From Botryllus schlosseri (Eukaryota), in assembly GCA_051294905.1 (NCBI GenBank), contig CM119372.1, forward strand, positions 28,708,001 through 28,772,000: a DNA stretch of 64,000 nucleotides. Reading direction: 5' to 3'. Of this stretch, positions 1 through 13,558 are shown one piece after another. The notes below the pieces were generated by a model. The model made no database searches. It saw only the letters and a program-made list of their open reading frames with translations, and was not told the DNA's origin. Each line of letters opens with the position of its first letter. Within the stretch, counting starts at the first letter, position 1. A program made the translations under genes and the position numbers.

Positions 1-1
1 G

Positions 2-883
2 AGCACGCAGAGCCTTTTTGATCGCCTAGTGGCTACAAAAATAGTGAGGTACTTGCTGATGTACAAGTTCAGTCAAGATCATCTTGAGCTATTTTTTTGT
101 GCTGTCCGTAAAGCAGGAGGCTTCAACAATAATCCTACTTGTCTGCAATTTACTGCTGCGTATAAAAGGTTATTGATGAAGTTGGGAATCCGTGCATCAT
201 CAGGAAATTGCGAAGAAAGAGACGCAACCGCCATGTTGGACCTCTTGGATGATTTCAGGATTCAAGAAAGTGGACTCTCTCTTTCTTCTGCGACCTTGAT
301 CAGAAGATACGACTTGGAAGCGAAACGACCTATGCAAGATGAGCATGACTACTCCGATGTTCCTAAAATAACAACTTTGTCTGAGTACAAAAATCAAGCT
401 ATATCATACATTGCTGGCTATGTTGCCAAGTCAGTGGCTGAGCGATGTCTTTGCCCAACGTGTAAAGGGTCGCTCATGGTGGCTTCGGCAACCAGTGGCA
501 GTTTCCTGCAATTCAAGAACAGGGGTGGCCTAACTAAACCATCTACTGGTGTTATTGCAATATGTGAGGAGGCTGAAAAATGCTTCCAGCGAATGATTCA
601 TGTTACTTCTGGAAAGTTACCTCATTGCAAGGGCTTGATCAACGCCTTTGCCACTGCTATTCTGTCGAACATGTCTTGTAAATCACCAGCTTTCCCAGAA
701 CTTGAAGACCATATTTATGACACCTCAGTTGGTGACGATCATATAATCACTCTGACAAAAGACATCGCCAAGACCTATTGCAAGATTAAATTCAAACATC
801 TAGGAGTAGAATACAATCAAAGGACATCAGACAAGAACGTCCGCAGAGTGTTAACAAAGCTGATTCTCTTCAAAAATCAGTAA
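2..883 (+). CDS. P-element/THAP9-like transposase, C-terminal part (5' end outside window)
   Basis: Frame is open from the window edge. Motifs SQDHLELFF..VR..GGFNNNPT..QF..AYKRL, YIAGYVAK, CxxC, RGGLTKPS and terminal KLILFKNQ are typical of P-superfamily transposases. Confidence 0.85.
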   Translation, partial: STQSLFDRLVATKIVRYLLMYKFSQDHLELFFCAVRKAGGFNNNPTCLQFTAAYKRLLMKLGIRASSGNCEERDATAMLDLLDDFRIQESGLSLSSATLIRRYDLEAKRPMQDEHDYSDVPKITTLSEYKNQAISYIAGYVAKSVAERCLCPTCKGSLMVASATSGSFLQFKNRGGLTKPSTGVIAICEEAEKCFQRMIHVTSGKLPHCKGLINAFATAILSNMSCKSPAFPELEDHIYDTSVGDDHIITLTKDIAKTYCKIKFKHLGVEYNQRTSDKNVRRVLTKLILFKNQ

Positions 884-1929
884 CTGCCACAGTTGTTCAG
901 TCAACTTTCAGGTTGCTTGTTTTCAATTTGCTGATGATCTTCGCCAGCTCGAGGGCAACGACACGCTCAAAGTTCCCGCTTCATTAAAGATTCAGGAAAT
1001 GTGTCGTTGTTTACCCAGACTGGCACCCCCGTGAAAGGGGGGGGTCACATTGTCAGTGAACCGCTGTGCTAGAGGATCTTCTGAACCTGACGCTATGATA
1101 TTCAAACCAGAGTCAACGGTTCAGTGGGATCGAATGACGTTCCCGGATATGAAAAGGTTTCAGCGTTGGCCGACTGCCTGCTAACTCACAGAGATTGTAC
1201 TTACTGTTTGAGTGAAGCGGTGGCAGCTCATATCATAACATTGTGGAACGACTTTCTCCCATACGACAAGCAATTGAGCAATCACATTCAGGACCGATGT
1301 ATAGGAAAGGAAATCCAGGCGGCCGATTCAAATCGACCAAGTCCCCTGGCGTGGTTGCTACACAGTAGTGCATCGACACTGAGGGAGTAAGGACATGGCG
1401 CACACGCGAAGAAAAAGGAACGATCCTTTCATCCGCATACGGCTTTGTAAGTTATTGTGGTTCAGTAACCCTCAGCGGTTTTATTTGATATTTTTGTAAT
1501 TAAAAGAGTCGCAATTTGGACATGCTACACAATCAATGGTCGGATCGACGTACCGCAACTTGGATGTGAGGATTCCTGAAGCCGGTGAGTTCGCTCCATG
1601 GCCATCGTATTTATTGATTCTACTCAAGCAGAGGTAGTTTAAAAACTTGAAGAAGTATCGCAAGAGAAGTACTTCTTAACTGACCACCTCTGGTCATTGC
1701 TAGGGCTTATAGTTGTGTCTCCAGAGTCGTAATGTCATGATAATATAAATTATGTGGAAAGCTCAAATCTTTATGTTTGAAAAAATTCCAAGAGTTGGTT
1801 CTATCTAGGCTATAGAACGTATTTAGGTGTTTTTTCGATCATGCGTATTTTATAGGCTTCCATTAAAATATATTCTCTACTAGCACAGATTGGGCATTAA
1901 TGTTATTTCATTAAGCTGGTTCTGTTACG

Positions 1930-2090
1930 GCGATTGACACCTTTGCCATATGTTCAATAATGAGGCTCAAGGTGATTCAATTGTTGAATTACCTTCACCC
2001 TTCCGTTGAAAAAGAAAATGACAATTCGTTACCGCTTTCCGATGTTGTCGTTGAGAAGGTGGATGACAATTTTGTTACATCTGTCATCCT
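1930..2090 (+). pseudogene. Degenerate reverse-transcriptase fragment, Penelope-like
   Basis: Translation LNYLHPSVEKENDNSLPLSDVVVEKVDDNFVTSV resembles the Penelope RT 'N..HP...EKE.DNSLPFLDV.V.....F.TSVY' segment. It is short and decayed. Confidence 0.4.
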
Positions 2091-3104
2091 TTTATCATTA
2101 GGCTGCATTCAGTGTCCAATACCTTTAGCGGTTAACTGTCAATATATAATTTATATGATATGTGCTCTGGTACACAGATGTAACTATCGCTTTATTCCAT
2201 ACTTGCTCGTGGCTGTTTTCTTTTCCATTCAAAGGTTCTGGAATCGACCATCGTTAAGCTGTAAAGCCAACCCTGCGTCGCCAGAGAGAATATTTACATA
2301 CCCAACTCTTACTTCAAACCCACGGAAGACACCGGCTAACCCACTGAATGAGGTGAGGCCACTTTCTTCGTATGCCGTTGAATTTTCATTATTGTAATTC
2401 TGTACTCACAGTTTTTGGTATCTTTACAGATAATAAGAAAACAAAGAAGGGAGCAAGTCTAGCCAACACATACTTCAAACCCGTAGAAGACACCGGCTAA
2501 CACACTTTCTTTACTATTTTATACGCATTTTGGTATAAAAACGTTGTCGTGACATCAAGGTATGTCGATCAATGTGTCTTCAAGTGAACAATTTCTCATA
2601 TGTTAGTTCATTTATCTTGAACAGTGCCCCAAAACGATGTCGTCGTCGTAGGACCCGTAGTGGGGTGGCCTTCAATGTGACTGTGCCTGTGCCGCGTAAG
2701 AAGAGAAGAAATTCCATTAAATTGGAACTAAGATCAGAATCGGTTCGTTTATTATACCTCGTTCGCAGATATTAAGCCCTAACTTATCCCACATTTGACT
2801 TTCAGATCACCGTTAATTACGCCGAAGGCGACGTAAAGTCGATAACAATTAATTTATCTCTGTTTTTATTTTTTATGTTGTTGTTTTAATAGAAAAATTC
2901 GTTTCTCATAACCGAAGCTGGTGTTTCTGAAAACGAGAGTTCAGCATTTTGGTAGGAGACAGTACAGCGCGGTATTTTGTGTGACGAGGTAGTACAGCGC
3001 GTTATTGCGTGTGACCACAGAAATGGTTGATCTAAAGCCAGGCTCGAGTGCTTCATCTAGTAGGGTAGGCAAGTATCGTGGGCAGAAAAACTGAGTTGGA
3101 ATGT

Positions 3105-3171
3105 TCACATCTCCAGTTGGTTTTGAATCTAAACTAATCACATCTCCAGTTGGTTTTGAATCTAAACTAAT
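3105..3171. repeat. 33-bp tandem duplication
   Basis: tcacatctccagttggttttgaatctaaactaa occurs twice head-to-tail. Confidence 0.85.
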
Positions 3172-5172
3172 TTCTGGTTTCATGAAAGTGCAAAACGAGC
3201 CAAGCTTCATGTACACACGTATATGGGTAGCTATAGGTGTAATTATGATAAAATACATGTACGCCATTTAGATTGTATCTTGTGCCGTTTTGATTCGATA
3301 AAATTAATATTTATTATGAACTCCCAAAGTGCACAGATTGCTGTTACAACCAACATAGCCCCAATTTCACTGTGAATTGGGCAATTCTAGCTACATCTGA
3401 ATAAGGACCCATGCGTTTCTTGTTTCTCTCATTCAATGAACTCATTCAGTCACTTCTACAGAAATCACTACCCCATCGCCACACATAGCAGACATATCTT
3501 TACTTTCTCTTTTTTGGATTTATTTAAATACGCTGAACCAATAAATACGTAGAATAACCACAATGGCATTCAGTTGATTTCAGCAGTGCCTTTTGATATG
3601 TCCCATGATGCTGAATTTTCTCCATCAGCAATATTCACAGCTGGCAGTTATAGCATTCACATCAGCTCCATTGAAGTATGAAGATTTTGAATCCAGGATA
3701 GGTAATTCCGAGGCACGCTCCGATAATAACTTCAAGCTGACAATCGTAGATGCTTTTACTTCATATAGATACATATATCTGAAAGATAACTGAACTGGTA
3801 TTATACATCTTTTGACAGCTTGGTTATTTCTGTACACGTAAAATATGCTGGATACAACGAGTAAAGCAATCTACATCAGGAATATAACCACAAAAAATAC
3901 ATAAGATGACACATAGACAACCTTATTTTACCACGAACAGTCGAAACCACTTATATCTTCGACATGTCGAAATACACAGATAACACAGATATAAACACGA
4001 GATATTGGGCTGAAACAAATCCTGAATGTTACGATGATTATTCATTCAAAGCTCCATTCGTATAAAATACTACAAACCCAATACGAATCAAATATATTTT
4101 AGAACTGGACGTTTTTCCATAAGCTCCTGCACTAAATCGTCCAGTCTATCCCCCACAATGCAACTGTTTCTAGTGATAACGTAAATATCGCGAGTAGCGC
4201 ACTCCAGTGTTTATATAGCTCAGTGAGCTAGACGCAGTAAACTTGTCATGGTCACTGGGTTGAAACAAAACATTGAGGTCATAGGTTAACATAGGTTCGG
4301 TTTATCTATAGATAACTAACTTACGTAGGTTAGTTATCTATAGTTTATCAGCAACTTTTATCAATGCAATACACCACAAAAATTGCGATACAATGAAAAG
4401 ATAGAAAGGTATAGAAACGACTTGGATAGTATTTGAAATCAGACACTCACCTTGGCCTTGGCGATGTAAAGATAAGGATGTGCAGATTGCACACTGCATG
4501 GAAAGTAGAAAGACTACACGGCTGATAGACGATACCACGAGGTAATCCCGGCACAGAATAAAATATAAGGCACATTTTAAAATCATCTCTCGTACATCGA
4601 AAAAGCAATCTAATATCACCAAGCTCCGAACTACTGCCATAGCTAAAGGCTTTGCCACTGCGATCTCCGGCAATGTAAATTGACGTCATCGCTACATACA
4701 GATGCATTGTGGGTAGTACCCTAAGTGATGTCATAGTGATAGCGACAGTTGAATCATAGATCACTATGTTGATTTAGTGAAGGCATGGGAAAATGAATGG
4801 AAATCTGTTTTCCATGGTACGGGAAGTTATGGAAAAGCGGGTACTGTTAAAATATATTTGATTCGTGACAGGTTTGTCGTATTATATGCGCCACTCGCTT
4901 CATACATAGATTTTGCTACTTTAAGAAAATATCGTGGTCTGTGGTGTTGGCCGAGTGAGAATCAGAATCAGCAGTATCGCTCTGTCTCCTGTCTGGAAGT
5001 TTATGAAAACCAAATTCATGCACAAAACCGGTAAGTTACTGCCTATAATTTTTTCAAGTTGATATTTTCTAGGAAATAAGTTCACTTGAAATTAAGTTGA
5101 TAAACAAACTACCGGTACGGTAGTTCGTGTATAGGCTACCGTATCACAGTTGCACTCTAACTTAGCAAAAAG

Positions 5173-5684
5173 CAGGGTTGTAACTAAGTCACAAGGTTCC
5201 GAGTCGCAAATTTTGACTCGAGTCGAGTCACTTTCAATTCGTCATCGGGTCAAGTCCGAGTCCAAGTCACGAAATGGAGTTTCGAGTCCGAGTCATATTG
5301 TTTTGACTCAAGTCCTAGTCCAAGTCAATGTGTTGACTGTTCACTGTTCAGTTCCGAGTTAATGTCATGTGAAACCCACTTTTTACAACTCTGCTTGGTG
5401 ATACAGTATGCTTCGCATTCGCAATATATATACCAATTTTCTCACTTCTGACGGTTTTAGTAGCATTTTCAAGTATCAGTATTGACAGACGAAATGATAG
5501 TAGTGTGATAACTTTACTATTTTTGGAAATTACAATGAAATGCGCCTGTCCTGGTAGACCCAGCCTCGAGTCATGCAAGTCGACTCAATGGACTTTATCG
5601 AGTCGAGACATTTTTATTTATTTTGAAATGACTCTAGTCAAGTCGAGTCACCAGACAATAGCGACTCGAGTCATTACAACCCTG
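5173..5684. mobile_element. hAT-type MITE (CAGGGTTGTAA termini, GACTCGAGTC subterminal repeats)
   Basis: TIR cagggttgtaa...ttacaaccctg, flanks gcaaaaag/gcaaaaat (7/8 TSD), many gagtc/gactc motifs. Confidence 0.8.
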
Positions 5685-5756
5685 GCAAAAATCACTATGA
5701 AGTAGTGTAACTACTAGATAGCCAGTAACGATTTTGAATTGTGTGCAGGTAATCCA

Positions 5757-8311
5757 ATGGAAAAGAGCCGGAAGAGAAGTTCTCGGACAAGACTGATATG
5801 CAAAAGCTGTCGTCGATCCATATCTTCGTCTTCCAAAGAAGATCACATAACGGCTGCTCATGGGGGCGATTGTTCAATTGAGTTTAGTGTGGAAGATCAT
5901 CTTAAACAAAGCAAGCTAACTTTCAAACCCATTGCTCGGCCCATTGAAGTTGAACAGTCTCAGCAGTCAGTACTGGTGCCAATCGACAGTGCACATGTAA
6001 ACTCCTGCTCTCCTGAACTTGATATCCCTACTGTGGCAGTGTCTTGTCCTTCAGTGCCAGAAATACCTGTGATAGCGCCCAGTGATGATGCTTCGTCATC
6101 TGTTCCAAATTACAAAACCATTGCAATGTCAAATGTCGATCTTAGATCTAGTAGTGATTTGCAAACATCTGCTAATTATAACATTGAACCTCACCAAATA
6201 ATTCTACAACGGTACAATCCGAAGAAGTATGATGATGAGAAAAGACCAAGAGATTTCAATCCGAAGCTTTTTAAAACTCACCCCTGGCTAACATTCAACG
6301 AGAAGGACAAGACTATAGAATGCTTTCCATGCATGAAATTTAACAAATCGAAGGAGGCATTCAAGTATCTACAATATAGGATGCCTCATAAGTTGACTAT
6401 TCATGCAAAGTGTAAGTCTCATCTTACAGCAATGGAAAAATGGGTTAATCTCAAAATCAATTGCTACAAAAAATCTTCGATTTTGACAAAAATGCGTGCA
6501 TGCCACCAAGAAGAGGTAATGCAAAACAGGCGCTACTTGAAAGTGATAATAGAATGTTTACTTTTCACTGTGCAGAAAAATATTGCCCTACGTAATTATA
6601 CTGAAAACCGACTCCACATTGATGAAAAATCAGATAGCAACCGTGGTAATTTTCTGGAGATCCTCAATTTCAGGTGTAAAGACATTCCATGGCTAGCGTC
6701 AAGACTGGAGCATTCGTTAGCACTACATAAACAGTGGACATCCCCAATTATCCAAAATGAAATCGTCGATATAGCAGCTACTCAAGTACAGAAAGCAATT
6801 TGTACAAACATTGCTCAAGCTGGGATTTTCAGTCTCATAGTTGACGAGACGACTGATGTTAGTAATGACGAACAATTGTCGCTTTGTATACGTCATCTGA
6901 TGCAAGGTCAAATCAAGGAAAGTTTCATTGGTTTTTATAATCCAAAAAACACTGAAGGCGAAACTTTGTTTCTTCTTGTAAAAAAAGTTTTAGAAGATTT
7001 GGGATTGGACATTGAGAATTTGGTTGGACAGTGCTATGATGGGGCTTCTAACATGAGTGGAAAACACAAAGGTATGGCAACCAGAATACAGAAAATTGTA
7101 CCACAGGCAGTATATATGTACATTGTCATGCTCATCGTTTGAACTTGGCCCTTCAGGATACTCTGGAAGCAAATGCCATTTTGAGAAATGCCCTTGGTTT
7201 AATACAGTCGTTGCATAATTTTTTTCACACACCAAAAAGGGAAACTATTCTACGTAGTTTTTCTGATGAAGAGAAATTTGGCAAATATGTCAAACTGAAA
7301 GGAATTTGTGTGACACGCTGGGTATGTCGTTATAAAGCGGTGAAGTCTATAGACATTCAAACCTGCCGAATAATATTGGCACTAAAAGCTTGCTCAAATG
7401 AAAAAGATTCGAAAACCTGTGTTGATGCTGCTGGTCTACTCAAGGCTGTCTGCAATTTTCAATTCCTTTTGGGACTTAAAATTTTGAATTGGATTTTCAA
7501 ATTTACTGACAGCCTTTCCACCCATCTTCAAGGGACAGAAATTGATGTAGGAATTTCACAACAACTGGCAACAGCAACCATTTCATGCTTGCGTAATGCA
7601 AGGACTAAAACGGCATTTCATGGAATCTGGGAAGACGCTTGTAAATCTGTTGAACATCTGAAACGCCAGGATGTTGACATCGAGGTGACTCTACACCAGA
7701 GACAGCAGTGGCCATCTAAAAGGTTCCAAGCACTGGTTGGTGAGGATGGTGAGAGGGACGCAACTAGGGGGTTTTCTGATGAGGAAAGGATGTGCTATGA
7801 AGTGTACTTCGACGCGATTGACAGAATCTCTGCTGAGCTATCTGAACGGTTTGCCAACAACACGTCGAAAGTTCTTCTGTCGCTAGCAGAAATGGTACAA
7901 GGGAAAGGAACTATGGATGACTATAAAAAAATATCAGCCTTTTATTCCATAGATCAGGAATTGTTGGAATCTGAGTGTATTCTGTTCCAAAACTTAAATC
8001 CGCAAGGTATGATCAAAAGTGCTGGAGAATGTACGGAACTTCTTGTGTCTACTGGCATTGGAAAAACCCTTCCCCATTTCTCGAGGGCCGCACAGATTTT
8101 TGCCACTATTCCTGCGACATCTTGCACTGCTGAAAGGTCTTTTTCAGGGTTGAGAAGGCTCAAGACCTATCTGAGATCCACTATGGGGCAGCCACGTCTT
8201 ACTAACATGGCGGTATTATACCTTGAAAGAGACATGACAAATAATATTGATATTGAGGATATCATAGATGTGTTTGGTATTCGCCATGGCAGAAACAAAT
8301 ACTTTTTTTGA
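5757..8311 (+). pseudogene. hAT transposase (ZMYM1/PRKRIR-like, DUF4371 plus C-terminal dimerisation region), one frameshift
   Basis: Motifs W.SP.IQNEI, FSLIVDETTDVS, GQCYDGASNMSG, [VHCHAH]RLNL, TRW and TSCTAERSFSGLRRLKTYLRSTMGQ.RL. There is a frameshift in a TA run near 7112 between ORFs 5739-7142 and 7139-8311. Element termini were not established. Confidence 0.9.
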
Positions 8312-8736
8312 ATTGCCAACAATACCCAGAAATTGGGAAGCCTAGAGTAATCTTGGACTCTGTATCAGTGTGTGTGTGTGTATCAGTCATTTGCTTTCAG
8401 TGTATTTCAGCCCTGAATATCCTGAATATGTGAAAAGTTGTTCCCAGTGCGACATCGAAACAAACAAATGCATTATAAGTGCTTTTGTGATTCATTGTCT
8501 ATTTGGGCGATAAAAATATTTTCGCATCCCTAAAAGTTTTTGCTCCCATACACCTATGCTATTAATATATGGTTACTGTGTTCATTACAGATTTCGTTAA
8601 TGGAGAATGCACACTGTGCAGTGTGCAGTAGTGCACTGTGCATTACACAGTATCAGTGGCGTTTCACAAGATCCACCTAAGCATAAGTCGTGATTTCGTC
8701 GGATGATAATTCAGCTATATATCGCGATATTACAAC

Positions 8737-9345
8737 ATGGAGAACACCACAAGCGAAACGAGTGCATTCACTGCAACAGATATGGCTTGGAATATCTTCA
8801 CGAAACAGGAAATGCTCGTGATCGAGACAGCATTTGGTGCTGTTTGGCTTTTCGTATTTTTCGCGAATGCAACTGTGCTCATCGCTCTCTGCAGATTGAA
8901 CAAAACACCTCTCAATGTATTCATGATCGCTTTGTGTTGTTCAGATAGTCTGTCCATGCTTGCCTCTCCATTCGCAGTCAGACAGACTTTGTATTCGTCC
9001 ATGGGTAACGACTATCCTTAGAACAGACTCGTCTGCAAAGTATTGTTTCCTACGTTGGTAATTACATCTGCTATCCTATCACTATCCAGCTCGTGCTCGT
9101 CCTATCAATATGGCGCGTTTATGCTATTAGTCACCCTCACAAAGCCGCAAATGCGATGACAGTGAGAAGAGCGAAAAACTTAACAATTGGCATTTGGCAA
9201 ATTACAGTGTTGGTAGTCGCGCCTTTATCTGCGTACTATCTAAAAGTGATTCTTTTTCTCATATCTTCAAGACTGGGTTGCTTCTTTCAAATTAGCGATA
9301 GAGAGGCGTTTTTTACGATAGTTATTAGAAAAGAGGCCGTTGTTT
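8737..9345 (+). pseudogene. Rhodopsin-like (class A) GPCR pseudogene, TM1-TM4 only
   Basis: N-glycosylated N-terminus, TM1 Asn (FANATVL), TM2 L..SD, Cys before TM3 (LVCKV), SIWRVYAISHP (DRY-type region) and TM4 W....P. It has a stop at 9019-9021 and a frameshift, and is cut off where U1-array spacer sequence begins. Confidence 0.75.
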
Positions 9346-9839
9346 TTTCTTTTTCACCTAGCTCTCCTGAACTGATCATATACACTTCATGTAGTTTGAT
9401 AAGCGCCTGAATTGTGGCGAGAATTGATGACAGTCAGCAGAAATTAGTCTACAATAGGCTTTCCCTATATGCCTCGCTTTTGTAGCTGTGAAAACTTTGC
9501 ATTGCTATGTCACGCTTCTGTAATCCTATACCGGCTCTCTATTGGCAAAGCGAATATCAGAGCACCATGGAGATGACCATAAAACGCATGATAATGATTA
9601 TCGCACTTTTAAGCAAGGAATGGACGGCGGAATTCGCAATTGGACGCCGCAGTCAGTCCAATACCATCGATGACGTCCCAATCATATTTGGCGTTCGCGT
9701 CTAGTAGAAACTATTTCATTTTGCTTCGGCGATTCAAAGCGCACTTGGTGAATGCATTTATGCATATGTGGAGAGCGTGCTCACCACAATATTTATTTTG
9801 TTGTATGAAATTGGGTGTCAATAAATTTCTGGAAAACTC

Positions 9840-9878
9840 ATACTTACCTGACGAGGCAGTGAACCATGATCAAAAAGG
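9840..9878 (+). pseudogene. U1: U1 snRNA, 5' fragment (gene split by Tx1 element A)
   Basis: atacttacctgacgaggcagtgaaccatgatcaaaaagg followed by unrelated sequence. The upstream flank is the normal array spacer. Confidence 0.92.
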
Positions 9879-11409
9879 ATTCGTGCGGAGTATTTGGTTG
9901 TATTAAGCTAAAGAAAAAGATTGGTATCGCTGGGATACATTGACTTAGCATAAATGTTTAATCTACATCTGCGCTGTGCAGTTAGATTTAACAGTCGTAC
10001 CGTCGTACCTAGACCTTAGAGCCGTACACGTGGTTGCCGTACAGACTTACCTTAGTGCCGTACAAGTGGTTGCCGTACAGACTTACCTCGCCTTACACGC
10101 GTTTGCCGTAAACAGATTACCAACGTACACGCAGTTGTCGTTGCTCTTTAAAACATACTAACAGCGCAATACATATACGGTAGCCTTAAGCTAAAATGAT
10201 TTACCTGCAGTCCAGGGCTGTCGTGCCTGCAGTCTTCACAAACATACGGCTTGCGCTGTATTGCCTGCAGTTTCGACACACATACACGGATCGCGCAAAC
10301 TTAGGCTGCCTTGCCTGCATTTCGGACACACACACAGCTACTCTGCTGTCGCACCCGTTCTTCCAAACAACAGTGCCTGTAGTTTTAATAAGCACACGGT
10401 TTCCTTGTGGCCTCACCTGCAGATAAGAAATACAACATTGGCATATTAGCATACGCGCAACTGCCTTGCTTGAAGCTTCCTGTTTAAGGGTCGGGTGCAT
10501 GGATGCTAATCAGATTAGGGCCTAATCACTAGTTAATTGATTTCTGATTAAGCAGCAGATTAAATTCCAGGGCATGGATAGTGATTGACTAGTAATTAAT
10601 TAATCTATGATTAGCCACGTAAATGACGCATGACTGACGCATTTATCTGAGCTGACGAACCGGAACGGTTGTTTTGCACTGCTTTCAAAACATCCTACGC
10701 ATAAGTTTCGGGCGTTTGTTGCTTGATAAACGATAGCTGCCGTTCAGTGCATTATCCAAAACGTATACATGGTTATCTTCATTGTCTAAATTATAAATTA
10801 ATGCCTGCTAATGCCATTGTTGACAGGAATATTTCATAGCTGCTTCTGCTTACTATATCAGCTTACTATATCAGCACCCTACCAAAGTACCAATACGGTA
10901 GTCTGTTTATGGTAGTTTATTGGGCATCAAACCACTTTACCATGGACTATCATCTCGATTCGATCATGCTGCTCTACAATTTGAACAACAGGAGTATACC
11001 AAGGCGTATCGTTAGAGACCGGAGTAATACAGTGGAGCACCTATCAAGCGGAGAGTTTGTACATCGTTATCGCGTGTCCAAGGATTCCTTCATGGTACTC
11101 TTGGAGATAATAAAAGACGACCTTCAATACGACTGCAAAAGAAGCCATCCTATTCCTCCCATCTACCGACTACTTGCAACCCTACGGTTCTATTCTTCGG
11201 TACATTTTCAGAGGACTGACTGAGACTTACTGCAAATGGATAGGACGTCAGTGTGCAGAATTGTTCACCAGGTGTCAAAAGCAATTGCTAAAAGAAAGCG
11301 AAAATTTATAAACTTTCCAAACACGCAGCATCAAATCAATTTAGAACAGATGGCATTTCATAGGGAGCATCAGTTTCCCGAGGTAATTGGACTCATAGAT
11401 GGTACACAT

Positions 11410-13050
11410 TAGGGTTGTTCAAAATTTGGAAAATCTTACAAATCCTCCGTTGTAATGTCTTATTCTATAGATTATTGATAAAAAACGACACTGAGCCTAA
11501 AAAAAGCTTACAGGAACGCCGTTAAGATTTCGTGCAAAGCGTTTGAAAGTAGCTGCCAAAGAATGGGCGTGCCACCGACCATCGAACGGCGAGAAGACTA
11601 GTAATCACGAAACCACGGCTCTTGATTGGCTGATCGGCTATGCTTCAATGAACACGGCAGCAGCTACTTGCTGATTATGTGATCAAGGAGTCTGCTACCG
11701 GCGGCGATTCTGGAAGCGCATTGTATGTAGGCTGACAATTAATGATTTAGGATTGATTCAGGGTATGTTGAGGTACGAAATACATGCTGAACAAACAACA
11801 GCTGCTTCATAAATCCGTCTAAAGCATGGCCGCTTTAATGCGAAGGACACCGCCGTAGCCTATATGCCTTGTTTTCAACGAGGGAAAGCATAGGCGCTTA
11901 TGCAAGTGGCGACGGATTCCAAGTTTCAGAAAGGATCTATCATTATTGAATACAAATATAAAACTTAACAATGACACTACTTTGTCTGTGTGATCTTATT
12001 GGGCTCAGGTTGTAGCACATAGTTGAAGTTTTGAAAGCTCTAAGGATCGGCTGAATCAGCGGGTTATGCTTGGCACTTATCAGATGCTTACAGCAAATTG
12101 TATTCACTTGCAAGTGTTGTCAAAGTCCTTAATGCTGACGCAGAAAAGGGGTGTAAAAGTAAGCGCATACTATGCTGGACATGATATGTCAAAGTCCTAA
12201 ATAATCGTGCAGAAAAGGAAAATAAAGGTAAGCACAGACAATGATGCATATTGCACAGTATCCAGCATAGTTTGTAAGTCATATCCAGCATAGTCTGTGT
12301 TTACATTTACACATCGTTTCTGCGGCATCATTAGGGACTTTGTAAACACTTACAAGTGAATTCAATTTGCTGTAAACATCTGATAAGGGCCAAATTTAAC
12401 TGTCTGATTCAGCCGATCCCTAGAGCATTCAAAACTGCAACTATGTACTACAACCTAAGCCCAATAAGATCACACAAATTATATTGTCATTGTTAAGCTT
12501 TATATTTGTATTCAATAATGATAGATCCTTTCTGAAACTTGGAATACGTCGCCACTTGCATAAGCGCCTATGCTTTCCCTCGTTGAAAACAAGGCATATA
12601 GGCTACGGCGGTGTCCTTCACATTAAGCGGTCATGCTTTAGACGTTTTTGTGAAGCAGCTGTTGTTTGTCCATCATGTATTTCGTACCTCAACATACCCT
12701 GAATCAATCCTAAATCATTAACTGTCAGCTTACATACAATGCGCTTTCAGAATCGCCACCGGTAGCAGACTCCTTGATCACATAATCAGCAAGCTGCTGC
12801 TGCAGTGGTCATTGAAGCATAGCCGATCAGCCAATCAAGAGCCGTGGTTTCGTGATTACTAGTCTTCTCGCCGTTCGATGGTCGGTGGTACGCCCATTCT
12901 TTGGCAGCTACTTTCAAACGCTTTGCACGAAATCTTAACGGCCTTCCTGTGAGCTTCTTTTAGGCCCATTGTCGTTTTTTATCAATAATCTATAGAATAA
13001 GACATTACAACGGGGGATTTGTAAGATTTTCCAAATTTTGGACAACCCTA
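11410..13050. mobile_element. Foldback hAT-type MITE (TAGGGTTGT termini)
   Basis: Perfect 8-bp TSD gtacacat (11402-11409 and 13051-13058). The inverted arms are several hundred bp long. Confidence 0.92.
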
Positions 13051-13558
13051 GTACACATATACCAATTAGATCACCTGGTGGACCTAATGCAGAGTTATTC
13101 AGGAATCGAAAAGGTTATTTCTCTGTAAATGTACAAGTTGTTTGCAATTCTACAATGGAATTCACGCACATTGTCGCAAGGTGGCCAGGATCGACTCATG
13201 ACAGCAGGATATTTGAATCCAGCTCACTTCCTGTGTATCTGTCACGAACGAACAAACTGCTTCTTGGTGACAGTGGATACCCACTGTTGCAAAATCTGAT
13301 GACTCCGCTCCTAAATCCTCAATCCGTCGCTGAGAGGCGTTATAATAGATCCCATATATCTACCCGCATTAAAATTGAAAGAGCTTTTGGTGTATGGAAG
13401 CAAAGGTTTCAATGCTTGATGATTCCACTGCGCACCAGATTAGATAACTCGCTCGTGATAATTGTTGCTACTGCGTGCATCCACAACTTGTGCATTCGCC
13501 GACACGAAGACCTAAGCGACATTATGCAGCTCTCGGATAACGTTGCTGATGTGATAAA

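Noticed and set aside
2320..2560. Possible Penelope-associated hammerhead ribozyme and short direct repeat
   Set aside because: The catalytic core (CUGANGA...GAAA with paired stems) is not intact, so it cannot be supported.
3540..4764. Hydrophobic minus-strand frames and a strong donor (caag|gtgagt near 4450)
   Set aside because: Stops interrupt the frames and no coherent gene model or family motif could be built.
8520..8560. Candidate right terminus of the hAT transposase element (...gctcccatacacctatg)
   Set aside because: No matching left TIR or TSD was found, so element boundaries were not called.
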